The notes beneath the pieces are model-generated. The model had not been told where the DNA came from and did no database searches. It saw only the letters and a list, made by a program, of their open reading frames with translations. The translations under genes were made by a program, and so were the position numbers. From assembly GCA_963777315.1 (NCBI GenBank), contig CAVZQC010000004.1:872231-936230 (forward strand): 64,000 nt of DNA, read 5' to 3'. The number at the start of each line of letters is the position of its first letter. Position 1 is the stretch's first letter. The stretch is from Vulcanimicrobiota bacterium. GTDB taxonomy: Bacteria; Vulcanimicrobiota; Vulcanimicrobiia; Vulcanimicrobiales; Vulcanimicrobiaceae. This document shows positions 36,707 through 46,729 of this stretch, one piece after another.

Positions 36707-38268
36707 TGCGCGCGGTCCGCGTCGCCATGCTCGCGCTGCTGTTCGCTCCGGTCGCGTGCGCGAAGCAACAGTCCACGCCGCCGGCAATCTCCACGCTTTC
36801 GATCGCGCAGCAGCGCGAACCCATGTCGCTCAATCCTGCGCTCGAAAACGGGCAATCCTCGACCGAGTGGGGGTTTTTACTGTTCTCCTACTTAGTCAAA
36901 TACGACGATCGCGGGAAGTTGATCGGCGACGTTGCAACGCAAGCGCCCTCGGTGCAAAACGGCGGCATCAGCAAAGACGGGCTGACCGTAACCTATCATC
37001 TGCGTAAGGGCGTGCGTTTCGCCGACGGAACGCCGCTGACGGCGCGCGACTGCGTCTGGTCGATAAACGCGGTCAACGATCCGGCAAACAACGTGCAGTC
37101 GCGCTACGGTTACGATCGCGTCGCTTCCGCGCGCGCCCCTAACGACACCACCCTCGTCCTTCATCTCAAGGAGCCGTTTGCGCCGCTGCTCACGCTGGTG
37201 CTGGCGCCGCAAGGGTTCCCGATTCTGCCCCGGCACCTGCTCGCCAAATATCACGACTTCAATCACATTCCGTTCGACGGCCAGCCCGTGGGCTCCGGAC
37301 CGTACGTCGTCGAGCGCTGGATTCGCGGCGACCGCGTGATCATGCATGCCGACCCGTACTATTTCAAAGGCAAGCCGCGCATCCCCCGGCTGACGATCCG
37401 GTTCGTTCCGGACGCTCAAACGGCCACGAATCTCCTGCAGACGCGCGAGGTGCAAGGCTACTTCAACGAGCAGGATTACTCTCAGTATCCGTTGCTGGAA
37501 CGCATACCGGGATACCGGATTTACAAGATACCGGTTTCGGGCGTCGGCGCAATCATCTTCAACACCCAGCGCGTCTCGGATCCGCAGGTGCGGCACGCTT
37601 TGGCCGAAGCGATGGACGTCCCCACTCTCGTGCGCAAAGCCTATCGCGGCGCAGTCGAAAGCGCGCACCCGGGCGGCGGCCTGTTTTTCTGGGCGTACGA
37701 TCCAGCCGTATATCCCGATATTCCGTACGATCCGGCCTTCGCGCGGCGCGTTCTTTCCGGGCGAAAGCTCGATTTACAGCTGATCATCCAGGCGGCCACG
37801 CCAGGCGACGCAATACTGGCCAACAGCATCGTTCAGTACGAGCGCGAGGCAGGCGTCCACGTTACGATCAAGCAGTTCAACATCACGCAGTTCGTTGCGC
37901 CGGCGAGTGAAGGCGGCCCCGTCTACGGCGGCAAATTCGACATGGCTCTGTACGATTTCGTCAATGGCGACGATCCCGACACGACCGATCAGTTTGCCTG
38001 CGCCAACGTTCCCCCGCACGGTTACAACAAATCGCGCATCTGCGATCGGCGAATCGACGCGTTGCTCATGGCCGGACATTCGACGTTCGACGTGCAAAAG
38101 CGCATCGCGATATACAAACGGCTTCAGCGGCTGCTGTACCGGGAGCTGCCGATCATGCTGACGGATCAGCGCCGCGAAATCAGCGCGTTCACCGCGCAGT
38201 TGCACGGCGTGACCGGATCGACCGACAGCATTTTTTGGAACGTCGGCGATTGGACGCTGGGCGGTTAG
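36706..38268 (+). CDS. Peptide/nickel ABC transporter substrate-binding lipoprotein (family 5)
   Basis: Lipobox-like PVAC, SKDGLTVTYHLRKGVRFADG, PVGSGPY, VRHALA. Confidence 0.9.
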   Translation: MRAVRVAMLALLFAPVACAKQQSTPPAISTLSIAQQREPMSLNPALENGQSSTEWGFLLFSYLVKYDDRGKLIGDVATQAPSVQNGGISKDGLTVTYHLRKGVRFADGTPLTARDCVWSINAVNDPANNVQSRYGYDRVASARAPNDTTLVLHLKEPFAPLLTLVLAPQGFPILPRHLLAKYHDFNHIPFDGQPVGSGPYVVERWIRGDRVIMHADPYYFKGKPRIPRLTIRFVPDAQTATNLLQTREVQGYFNEQDYSQYPLLERIPGYRIYKIPVSGVGAIIFNTQRVSDPQVRHALAEAMDVPTLVRKAYRGAVESAHPGGGLFFWAYDPAVYPDIPYDPAFARRVLSGRKLDLQLIIQAATPGDAILANSIVQYEREAGVHVTIKQFNITQFVAPASEGGPVYGGKFDMALYDFVNGDDPDTTDQFACANVPPHGYNKSRICDRRIDALLMAGHSTFDVQKRIAIYKRLQRLLYRELPIMLTDQRREISAFTAQLHGVTGSTDSIFWNVGDWTLGG

Positions 38269-38405
38269 CCGCCCGGACTTTCGACTCCGCCCTCGAGCGC
38301 GGGACACTGAACCCCGGACTCGCCGCAGATTTTGCAGTGACGTCCTTCATGTGCTTGCATCGGATGGCCGCAGCCCGGGCAAGTGGTCGTTTCCACGTCG
38401 TGCAT
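38265..38405 (-). CDS. Putative 46-aa Cys/His-rich metal-binding microprotein
   Basis: MHDVETTTCPGCGHPMQAHEGRHCKICGESGVQCPALEGGVESPGG, filling the gap downstream of purN. Confidence 0.5.
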   Translation of the reverse strand: MHDVETTTCPGCGHPMQAHEGRHCKICGESGVQCPALEGGVESPGG

Positions 38406-38446
38406 GCGGTGCTCGTACCCACATCGCCGGCTTGACGACACCGGCG

Positions 38447-39589
38447 TCATGCTGATGCCTCGTATGCCCAGCGCATGATGCCGCCGGCCAGCACGCGGTG
38501 CTCGAGCGGGTGCAGGCGTTCGACGATCGCTTCCTGCGTTTCGCCGTCGGCCAGCGCCAGCGGTTTGCGCACCAAAATCGGACCGCGATCGGCCTGCGGC
38601 ATCACGCGATGGCACGACGCGCCCACCCAGCGGCTTCCCCACGCGAGCGCGTCCGCAACTGCACGCGCGCCGCGAAATGCCGGCGTCGTCGAGCCGTCGG
38701 GATAAGTAACCTCGTCGGCAAGCGGATCGAGCGGCAAGAATGCCGGATGAATGTTGATCGTTTCGGGCAGCGAGCTGATGAACCGGTGTTCGAGCAGATG
38801 CATCCATCCGAGCAGCAGCACGAGGTCCGGTTCCTCGCGCCGGACGAGGTCGAAAAGCGCCGCATCATACTGCCCCCGAGACTGCGCGGTCCGATCCCAG
38901 GGCAAGGCGACGGCGTGGATGCCGGCGTCTCGCGCTCGCTGCAGCGCGTAAGCCGCGGCGTTGTTGCTAATCAGCGCGGCAATGCGCAGCGGAAGACGGT
39001 TCGCGCGAGCACCGTCGACGACCGCTTGAAAATTGCTGCCGTTTCCCGAAGCAAGGACGACCGCGCGATGCAATGGTCGCCGCCATAACGCTTTATCGAA
39101 TGTTTCCGCGATAACGGCGGCGCAATGCCGCTCGTAATACGCGATGAGCTTTTCGTGTCCAACTGCCGGTATCAGTGCGCGAGCGTAACCCAAGTGGGCC
39201 AGCGACGCAAGGGCAGCGATCAAGAGATGCGGGCCTATTCCCGATCCGCGAAATTCACTCGCGACGCCGAAGGGCCCGAAAATGCCTACCTGCGGCGCGC
39301 GCCCCAACCCGTTCAGCCAGGCAAAGCGCAATCCACGCGGATCGTAGCTCGCAAATCCGGCAAAACGGCGCCCGCGCATGGCCACAACGCTGCTTGCGGC
39401 ATAGGCTTCCGAGCTCCACGTTCCCCCGAATTCATCGTCGAGCCACGCCAAAAATTCACCGCTTCCGGGCGTAACTCGCTCGAGCGAAAACCCCGCATCT
39501 TCGATCGCGCCGGCCGCTTTCGCATACCGATCCTCACCGAACTGCCCGTTCTGCAGTTCGACCACCAGATTGACCATCGCATCGGTCAT
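38447..39589 (-). CDS. purN: GNAT acetyltransferase fused to phosphoribosylglycinamide formyltransferase
   Basis: N-terminal FGPFGVASEFRGSGIG (GNAT motif A). C-terminal VLASGNGSNFQAV, LLGWMHLL, INIHPAFLP, DRGPI. Coupled to purM. Confidence 0.85.
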   Translation of the reverse strand: MTDAMVNLVVELQNGQFGEDRYAKAAGAIEDAGFSLERVTPGSGEFLAWLDDEFGGTWSSEAYAASSVVAMRGRRFAGFASYDPRGLRFAWLNGLGRAPQVGIFGPFGVASEFRGSGIGPHLLIAALASLAHLGYARALIPAVGHEKLIAYYERHCAAVIAETFDKALWRRPLHRAVVLASGNGSNFQAVVDGARANRLPLRIAALISNNAAAYALQRARDAGIHAVALPWDRTAQSRGQYDAALFDLVRREEPDLVLLLGWMHLLEHRFISSLPETINIHPAFLPLDPLADEVTYPDGSTTPAFRGARAVADALAWGSRWVGASCHRVMPQADRGPILVRKPLALADGETQEAIVERLHPLEHRVLAGGIMRWAYEASA

Positions 39590-40623
39590 TCGCCCGAGCG
39601 GGCAGGATGGACGACGACTTGCGGCTCGTCGCCGCGCCGTTTTTCGATCCAGCCGACGACTTTGGCCCCCTGTGCGGCGGCAACGGCATCCGGCGCGTCC
39701 GCCATCGAGACGATGAGCGTGTACCCGATGCCCATATTGAAGGTGCGGTAGCGCTCCTGCCGATCCAATTCACCGCGACGGCACAGTTCGGCAATCAGCG
39801 GCGGAACGCGCCAGCGCGACTGCTCGAAGATCGCTTTGACGCTCGAGGGCAGCGTGCGGGGAACGTTTTCAAGCAATCCTCCGCCGGTGATGTGCGACAT
39901 CGCTTTGACTTTTGCAACGCGTTGAACGGCGCGCACGTCGCGGTAATATGACGGATGTTCGGCCAGCAGCGCATCGCCGAACGTCGCGCCGCCAAAGGCA
40001 GCATGGTATTCGGCAGGCTCGATGAGCTCTCGCGCGAGCGTGTAACCGTTGGTGTGCAATCCGCGCGCCGGCAGGCCGACGACTGCATCGCCCGGCTGCA
40101 CGTCGCGCGGATCCGGCACGTCGGCCCTATCGACGATGCCCACCATCGTACCGGCCAAATCGAAATGTCCGGGTTGGTAAAGCCCGGGCATCTCGGCAGT
40201 TTCGCCCCCCAGCAGCGCGCAGTGATTCTCGCGGCAAGCCGCAAAGCATCCTTGCACCACTTGCGCGGCAACGTGCGGGTCCAACGCACCTACGGCAAAG
40301 TAATCCAAGAAAAAAAGCGGCGTTGCATTGACTACCAAGATATCGTTGACGCAGTGGTTGACCAGGTCGGCGCCTACCGTATCGTAGCGCTGCAGGGCCG
40401 CGGCGATCAGGATTTTGGTGCCCACGCCGTCGGTCGAGGCAGCCAGCGCGCGAGCGCCGTCGCCCGGGATGCGGAACAGGCCGCCGAAGCCGCCGATGGC
40501 GTCGAGCTGGTCGGGGTGACGCCAGCCCCGCGTTACTTCCTTATAAAGCGCGACGGCCCGGTTCCCCGCCGCGATGTCGACGCCGGCGCGCGCGTACGCA
40601 TCCTTACGAGGGTTGAAGGTCAC
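39586..40623 (-). CDS. purM: Phosphoribosylformylglycinamidine cyclo-ligase
   Basis: YARAGVDI, STDGVGTK, CVNDI, GGETAEMPG, GLHTNGY, HITGGG, FNMGIG. Confidence 0.97.
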   Translation of the reverse strand: MTFNPRKDAYARAGVDIAAGNRAVALYKEVTRGWRHPDQLDAIGGFGGLFRIPGDGARALAASTDGVGTKILIAAALQRYDTVGADLVNHCVNDILVVNATPLFFLDYFAVGALDPHVAAQVVQGCFAACRENHCALLGGETAEMPGLYQPGHFDLAGTMVGIVDRADVPDPRDVQPGDAVVGLPARGLHTNGYTLARELIEPAEYHAAFGGATFGDALLAEHPSYYRDVRAVQRVAKVKAMSHITGGGLLENVPRTLPSSVKAIFEQSRWRVPPLIAELCRRGELDRQERYRTFNMGIGYTLIVSMADAPDAVAAAQGAKVVGWIEKRRGDEPQVVVHPARSGE

Positions 40624-40684
40624 GGGGCAGAATCCAATGCAGTCGCCATTGCGGCCGTAGATTTCTCCCTCGGAAAGGTTGACC

Positions 40685-42238
40685 ATGCAAGTTCGGATCG
40701 TTACCGATGCGCCGGATTGGAACGGCATCGGAGCGCTGGTGGTTCCCGTCTTTTCAAATGCGCCGCTCGAGGGCCTGGCCAAATCGATCGACGGCGAGTT
40801 GGACGGTGCGCTCGGCGAGGTGCTCTCCTGCGGGGAAATCAAAGGCAAATTGTGCGAAATCAGTTCGGTCGGCGCACACGGCAAACCGTATAAGCGCGTC
40901 CTCGTCGTTGGTCTGGGCGAAAGCGAAAAGTTCGAACCCTGGATGCTCGCGCGGTATGCAGGCGCCGCAGTTCGGTATCTCGGCCGGCGCAACGTTCGCG
41001 AGCTGGGTTTTGCGCTTCCGGCGCAAGCTCGCGGCGACGAAACCGCGTGCGCGTCGTTCTTGGTGGAAGGCGCAATAGCCGGCGCGCTCGACACGACGAT
41101 TTATCAGAAGGAGCCCGATAAACGCAGCGGTGCCGACACGCTGACGATTTTGGCGCAAGGACTGGATCGGACTGCGCTGCAGACGGGCATCGAGCGCGGA
41201 CAGATTTTAGGCGACGCAGTCAATTTTGCTCGCCGGCTCGCGCTTACGCCTGCCAACGACATGTCGCCCTCGCATATGGCCAAAGAGGCCGGTGCGGCAG
41301 CCGAAGAAGCCGGTATCGAGATAGAAATTTTGGATGAAGCCAAGTGTCGCGAACTGGGCATGGGATCGTTCCTGTCGGTTGCGCAGGGAAGCGCGCAGCC
41401 TCCCAAGTTCATCGTCATGACGTACAAAGGCGATCCGCAAAACAACGATCTGCTCGCGCTGGTCGGCAAAGGCATTACGTTCGACAGCGGCGGCATCTCG
41501 ATCAAACCCGCCGATCGCATGGAAGAAATGAAGTACGACATGTCCGGCGGCGCCGGCGTCATCGCGACGATGCGCGCGCTGGGCAAATTGCGCCCCAAGC
41601 TCAACGTCGTCGGCATCGTTCCCGCAACGGAAAACATGCCGGGAGGCAGGGCGACAAAACCCGGCGACATCTTTACGGCGATGAACGGCAAAACCATCGA
41701 AGTGATCAATACCGACGCGGAAGGGCGCCTCATCCTGGCGGACGCCCTCTGCTATGCGGGCACGCTCGGCGCAAACAAGATCGTCGATTGCGCGACGCTC
41801 ACGGGAGCATGCGTTATTGCTCTCGGGCACGCTGCCAGCGCAGCGGTCAGCAACAACGACGAGTTCGTGCAGCAGTTTCTGGCGGCGACCAAAGCTTCGG
41901 GAGAGCGCTACTGGCAGATGCCGCTGTACGAAGACTATGCCACCGCAATGAAGAGCGACATTGCCGATCTCAAAAACAGCGGCGGCCGCCCGGCGGGAAC
42001 GCTGACGGCTGCGGCATTTCTCAAATCGTTCGTCGGCGACACGCCGTGGATTCATCTGGACATCGCCGGAACGGCATATTTGGACGGCGAGTCGGCATGG
42101 CAAGCAAAGGGTCCGACCGGCACACCGGTGCGCGCGTTCGTCGCGCTGGTGGAACAGCTCGCCGGCGCGCCCGTCGTGCGCGTCAACGGAGCCGCTGCTT
42201 ATCGACCGAGCGCGGAGCTGACTACCTCCTCGTCATAG
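40685..42238 (+). CDS. pepA: Leucyl aminopeptidase (M17)
   Basis: VGKGITFDSGG, MKYDMSG, NTDAEGRL, ATLTGA, HLDIAG. Confidence 0.96.
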   Translation: MQVRIVTDAPDWNGIGALVVPVFSNAPLEGLAKSIDGELDGALGEVLSCGEIKGKLCEISSVGAHGKPYKRVLVVGLGESEKFEPWMLARYAGAAVRYLGRRNVRELGFALPAQARGDETACASFLVEGAIAGALDTTIYQKEPDKRSGADTLTILAQGLDRTALQTGIERGQILGDAVNFARRLALTPANDMSPSHMAKEAGAAAEEAGIEIEILDEAKCRELGMGSFLSVAQGSAQPPKFIVMTYKGDPQNNDLLALVGKGITFDSGGISIKPADRMEEMKYDMSGGAGVIATMRALGKLRPKLNVVGIVPATENMPGGRATKPGDIFTAMNGKTIEVINTDAEGRLILADALCYAGTLGANKIVDCATLTGACVIALGHAASAAVSNNDEFVQQFLAATKASGERYWQMPLYEDYATAMKSDIADLKNSGGRPAGTLTAAAFLKSFVGDTPWIHLDIAGTAYLDGESAWQAKGPTGTPVRAFVALVEQLAGAPVVRVNGAAAYRPSAELTTSSS

Positions 42239-42239
42239 C

Positions 42240-43043
42240 TCAAGAACCGGAGTCCTGCTGATAGGGGCCGCTTCCCACGTTGAGCAGCAGACCGCCGTCG
42301 ACAAAGACGGTGGTTCCCGTCATGTACGCCGACTGGGTGCCCGCCAAAAACAGCGCCACCTTTCCGATGTCGTCCGGAACGCCTATGCGCCCGAGCGGAA
42401 TGGTCTTCTCTTCTTTTTTGCGCTTTTCAGGGTCTTCTTTGAGCTCCTCGTTCATCGGCGTCAGAATGGCGCCGGGCCCGATGTTGTTTACCGTAACCTT
42501 GTATTTTGCTGCCTCCATCGCAAGGCATCGCATGAACATCATCAGGCCGCCTTTGGTCGCGCAATACTCGGCAAAACCCATCATCGGCATGGTTTCGTGA
42601 ACCGAGCTGATGTTGATGATGCGCCCCCCGCTGCGCCCGGATTCTTTATATGCGCGCATGAATCGCCGCGAGCAAAGAAACGGACCGGTCAGATTCGTGC
42701 CCAGCGTCTCTTGCCAGAGATGCAAATCCAGGTCGACGACTTCCTTGCCATGGCCGTTGATGCCCGCGTCGTTGACCAATATCGTGACGGGTCCGAACCG
42801 TTTTTCCGCAGCGGCAAAAAGCTTTTCGACGTCGTCTTCTTTGCGAACGTCCGCGTGAACGGCTGCGGCTTTGCCCCCCGAACGCTCGATGTCTTGGACG
42901 GTTTGCTCGGCGCGTTCGGAGTACGCGAATTCGTTCACGAGTATTGCTGCGCCGGCGCCCCCCAAGACCTTGGCTATGGATTGACCTATTCCGGATTCCG
43001 AACCGGTAACGACTGCGACTTGTCCCTCTAAAGAATTTGGCAT
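42240..43043 (-). CDS. Glucose 1-dehydrogenase-like SDR oxidoreductase
   Basis: TGSESGIG, NDAGI, ISSVHE, YCATKGG, GPGAILTP. Confidence 0.9.
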   Translation of the reverse strand: MPNSLEGQVAVVTGSESGIGQSIAKVLGGAGAAILVNEFAYSERAEQTVQDIERSGGKAAAVHADVRKEDDVEKLFAAAEKRFGPVTILVNDAGINGHGKEVVDLDLHLWQETLGTNLTGPFLCSRRFMRAYKESGRSGGRIINISSVHETMPMMGFAEYCATKGGLMMFMRCLAMEAAKYKVTVNNIGPGAILTPMNEELKEDPEKRKKEEKTIPLGRIGVPDDIGKVALFLAGTQSAYMTGTTVFVDGGLLLNVGSGPYQQDSGS

Positions 43044-43052
43044 GCACGTATC

Positions 43053-43079
43053 GTTCCCGCTGCGGTCACGGCTGCTAAC
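43053..43079 (-). promoter_or_regulatory. Putative SigB/SigF-type promoter for the SDR gene
   Basis: Minus strand GTTA-N17-GGGAAC, 9 nt upstream of the ATG. Confidence 0.35.
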
Positions 43080-43235
43080 AGCGGCGCATAGCAGCCGAGC
43101 ACTTGGTGTAGATCCAAAAATGTAAAAGTTTGAGCTACGGCGTGGCGGGACCGGGAAATCGAATCCAACAGTGGGCACAATTCGGCAGCCTGCATACGTT
43201 TGCGGGATGTTTCGTGAGCACCGGTCCACATAAGA

Positions 43236-45173
43236 ATGGGAAAATTGTCGTTTCCTAAAATCGGAACGCAGACGTTGTTGCTCAGCGCCGTACCGCTGAC
43301 GTTTTTGGTGCTGCTGCTGGCGCTCGCCCTCGTTCTGCAGAGCAAAAATGCCTTAATTGCGGCCGATTCCCAGCGGTCCGCACAAGTGCTCTCACAGTCC
43401 GATCACGCTATGCAGCTGCTCGACGAAGCGGGCGGCAGCATCGGCGCTTACGCGCGAACCCGAAATGAAGCAGCCTTGGCGCAGTATCGGGCGGCCGTCC
43501 GCGAGCTGCCCGGCGCAATGGCTGCTCTCGCTTACCTGGTAGGCGACGATCCTACCGAACGCCTTAGGGCCGCGCGTCTGACGGCGGACGTGTCTGAGGG
43601 CGTGGCGGTCCTCAAAGAATACTTGTACTACGTGCGAACGCGCAACGCGGGCGGACAAAAACGGCTCGAGGAATCTCACCGCGTGCGCCAACTCAGCTCC
43701 AATATCGCCTCTCTTGCAGCGGCAGTCAACAACGGCCAACGTGCGGCGACGGTTCGCCGGTTAAAGCAGATTCATGCGCAGATTCGCGATTTTACCATCG
43801 GACTGGTCGGCTTGTGTATTGTGGGCATAGCCGTGACGCTTGCCGTTTCCGTCAGGTTCGGACTGGGGATCACGCGGCGCGTCGCGCGCCTGACGGACAA
43901 CGCGCAGCGGCTCGCACGAGGCGAAAAAACCGAGCCTATCGGCGGCAACGACGAGATCTCCAACCTGGACTTGGTCTACCAGCAAATGACCCAGCGCATT
44001 GCGCGCGAGCACGATGCGGCTTCCACGCTGCAGCGCGCGCTGCTTCCGCAGGAGCTGCCGCTGCTTCCGGGCGTGCGTCTTGACGCCGCATACGCTCCGG
44101 CATCGGGCGGGACGGCAATCGGCGGCGATTGGTACGATGTCTTTCCCATTTCCGACCGGCGTCTGGGGATCAGCGTCGGAGACGTCGCCGGGCACGGTTT
44201 GCGCGCGGCAGCGATCATGGGCAACGTTCGCCAAGCGATTCGCACCGTGGCGTACATCAACGACGATCCGGCATTTGTGCTCGAGCACATCAATCGCGCA
44301 CTTTGCCGCAGCGAAGGCGCTACGCTGATCACGGCGTTCTTCGCAACGCTGGACCTGCTCGACGGATCGCTGCGTTACTGCTTGGCCGGGCATCCGCCGC
44401 CCATGGTGATCAAGAGCTCGGGCTCGGTCGGACTGCTTGCCGGAAAAGGATTCGTGCTGGCCGTCGATCCGCGCGCGCGATTTGAAACGCTCGAGACGAC
44501 GATGGACGTGGGATCCGGCATCGTTTTATACACCGACGGGCTCGTCGAAGCCGAACGCAACTACTTCCAAGGAGTCGCGAAACTTCGAGAAGCGATCGAG
44601 CTGGAATATCGGAACGCGTCCTCAAACATCGCCGAGGCAATTCAGCAGCGCGTTTTCGCTCAACACCCGCCTCGCGACGATTCGGCACTGCTTTTCATGG
44701 GCATCACGGCGCTGGGCGCCTCGGCTTTGCAGACCGAACGTCTGGTGTGGAGCGTCGACGCCCGCAGCGAAAAATCCGCGCATCGGGCCAGGCGCGCGTT
44801 GATGTGGCACCTGGGCGAGATCGCAGGCGACGCGGACTTGTCCGCCTCGGAACTGATCGTGGGGGAGTTGCTCGGCAACGTCGCACGCCATACGCCGGGC
44901 CTGGCGGAAGTGATACTGGAAGTAAAAAGTACTGTCGCGACCCTGCGCGTCATCGACGGCGGTCCGTGTTTTGACGCATCGGTCAATTGCGACATCGGCG
45001 ACGTGCTGTCCGAGAGCGGGCGCGGATTGTTTTTGATTCAAGCGCTCACGAACGACTTCACCGTAGAGTGGACCGGAGAAGGCAATTGCGTTTCAGCGGT
45101 TTTACCTCTGGAAATTCACGCCGACGACGAGCGCGCGCCGGCGGCCACCTCGGTGCAGAGCGGCGCAGTCTAG
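43236..45173 (+). CDS. Membrane sensor with CHASE3-like, HAMP, SpoIIE/PP2C phosphatase and C-terminal RsbW-like HATPase domains
   Basis: LQRALLP, GGDWYD, GDVAGHG, AGHPPP, YTDGLVE, DDSALL, followed by GELLGNVARH, DGG, ESGRGLFLI. Confidence 0.9.
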   Translation: MGKLSFPKIGTQTLLLSAVPLTFLVLLLALALVLQSKNALIAADSQRSAQVLSQSDHAMQLLDEAGGSIGAYARTRNEAALAQYRAAVRELPGAMAALAYLVGDDPTERLRAARLTADVSEGVAVLKEYLYYVRTRNAGGQKRLEESHRVRQLSSNIASLAAAVNNGQRAATVRRLKQIHAQIRDFTIGLVGLCIVGIAVTLAVSVRFGLGITRRVARLTDNAQRLARGEKTEPIGGNDEISNLDLVYQQMTQRIAREHDAASTLQRALLPQELPLLPGVRLDAAYAPASGGTAIGGDWYDVFPISDRRLGISVGDVAGHGLRAAAIMGNVRQAIRTVAYINDDPAFVLEHINRALCRSEGATLITAFFATLDLLDGSLRYCLAGHPPPMVIKSSGSVGLLAGKGFVLAVDPRARFETLETTMDVGSGIVLYTDGLVEAERNYFQGVAKLREAIELEYRNASSNIAEAIQQRVFAQHPPRDDSALLFMGITALGASALQTERLVWSVDARSEKSAHRARRALMWHLGEIAGDADLSASELIVGELLGNVARHTPGLAEVILEVKSTVATLRVIDGGPCFDASVNCDIGDVLSESGRGLFLIQALTNDFTVEWTGEGNCVSAVLPLEIHADDERAPAATSVQSGAV

Positions 45174-45183
45174 CCGCCGACGC

Positions 45184-46129
45184 ATGCCCGCCACCCTCTA
45201 TTCTGATCGCAACGTGGGGCGATGGGCTATTCATTCTCTCCGGGAAAACGGTCCGTCAAGAGTTCGCCGGTCAATCGGTTCGCAGTCTGGTGGACGATGG
45301 GCCCGGAAAAGTGCTCGCAATCGTCGGCGGCCATTCGCTCCGTCGGCGATCCGCTGACGGCCAGTGGACCGAGATAGCAGAAAGCGAATTCGAGCTTTCA
45401 TGCTGCTTGCCGATGAAGAACGTCCTTTTTGTCGGAACCGACGACGCGCACGTTCTGCGCGTGCATCCTGACGGCTCGCAACACCGCCTGACGGGTTTTG
45501 ACGCCGTAGCGAGCCGCGAGAAGTGGTACGCCGGATCGGCGATCGTCGACGGCAAGCCGATGGGACCGCCGCTTGGAATTCGTTCGATGGCGTCGACATG
45601 CGATGGCGCCGTACTTTTGGCCAACGTCCACGTCGGCGGAATTCCGCGATCGACCGATTCCGGTGTAACCTGGCGCCCCACTATCGATATCGATAGCGAC
45701 GTCCATCAGGTTTGTGCCCATCCAGCCCGGCCCGACATCGTGATAGCGGCGGCGGCGGTGGGACTTTGCATCAGTCGTGATGCCGGAACGACGTGGACTA
45801 TCGAACGGGAAGGACTTCACGCCCAGTATTGCTCTGCCGTAGCGTTTGGCAAAAGCCATATCTTCGTGGCGGCATCCAGCGGCCATTTTGCGACGCAAGG
45901 CGCAGTATATCGACGCCCGATTGACAGCGACGGTCCACTGCAGCCTTTGGCCGCAGGCATGCCCAAGTGGATCGACGGCATCGCCGATACCGACTGCATC
46001 GCGACCCGCGATTCAATGGTCGCAGTAATCGATGGATCCGGACGCCTTTACGTCTCGCATGACGACGGCGATTCTTGGGCGCATCCGTTCGATCGTCGAA
46101 CCGTTCCAAGCGGGCTTCACATTTGCTGA
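45184..46129 (+). CDS. BNR/Asp-box beta-propeller protein; apparent extra C just after the start codon
   Basis: Asp-boxes RSTDSGVTW, ISRDAGTTW, VSHDDGDSW. ATG 45184 is one base out of frame at CCC 45187-45189. Confidence 0.7.
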
Positions 46130-46185
46130 CCTCACCACGCCGGCCATGAGCGTACTCGACCGCTAGGAAACCCTTTAGTTGCGCA

Positions 46186-46575
46186 TCAGCCCCGGTAGGT
46201 GGCGATCCACCATGTGTTGCCGAAGCTGTCTTTCACTCCGGCGCCGCGTTCCTGATAGGGCTTGTCCTCGGGCTCATTGATCGAAGTCGCGCCGGCTTGG
46301 ATAGCGCGTTCATAAGCAGCGTCTACGTCCGTTACGAAGACATAAATGGCCGATGGCGTCCCCGTATGCAACGCGTTGCCGCCAAGCTCCATCATGATGA
46401 CAGAGTCCCCGATCTGGACCTCGACGTGGAAACCGCTACCTACGGGCAGTCGTTCAAGTTCCCTCGCCTGAAAAGTATGCTGAATGAAGCGGGCAAGATC
46501 TATATCTCCGAAGATGTACGGCCGCACCGTTCCCACGCCATGTCTTACAAATCCCATCTGCCGATCATCGGTCAT
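46186..46575 (-). CDS. VOC/glyoxalase (PhnB-like) family protein
   Basis: HVEVQIGDSVIMM, DVDAAYERAIQAGA, VKDSFGNTWWIA. AAGGAG RBS. Confidence 0.9.
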   Translation of the reverse strand: MTDDRQMGFVRHGVGTVRPYIFGDIDLARFIQHTFQARELERLPVGSGFHVEVQIGDSVIMMELGGNALHTGTPSAIYVFVTDVDAAYERAIQAGATSINEPEDKPYQERGAGVKDSFGNTWWIATYRG

Positions 46576-46729
46576 ACGCGCTCCTTATAAGCGAAAGCGA
46601 AAGTCAACCGCAACTCGCGCTCCGGCGATCGGGAGCAAGGCCGGATTGGCTTTGCGTCCTCGTCGGCGCTTGAGTTCTGGTAAGGGAATTATTATGGCAT
46701 AGTTCGTTTTATCTTGACTACAATAATAG

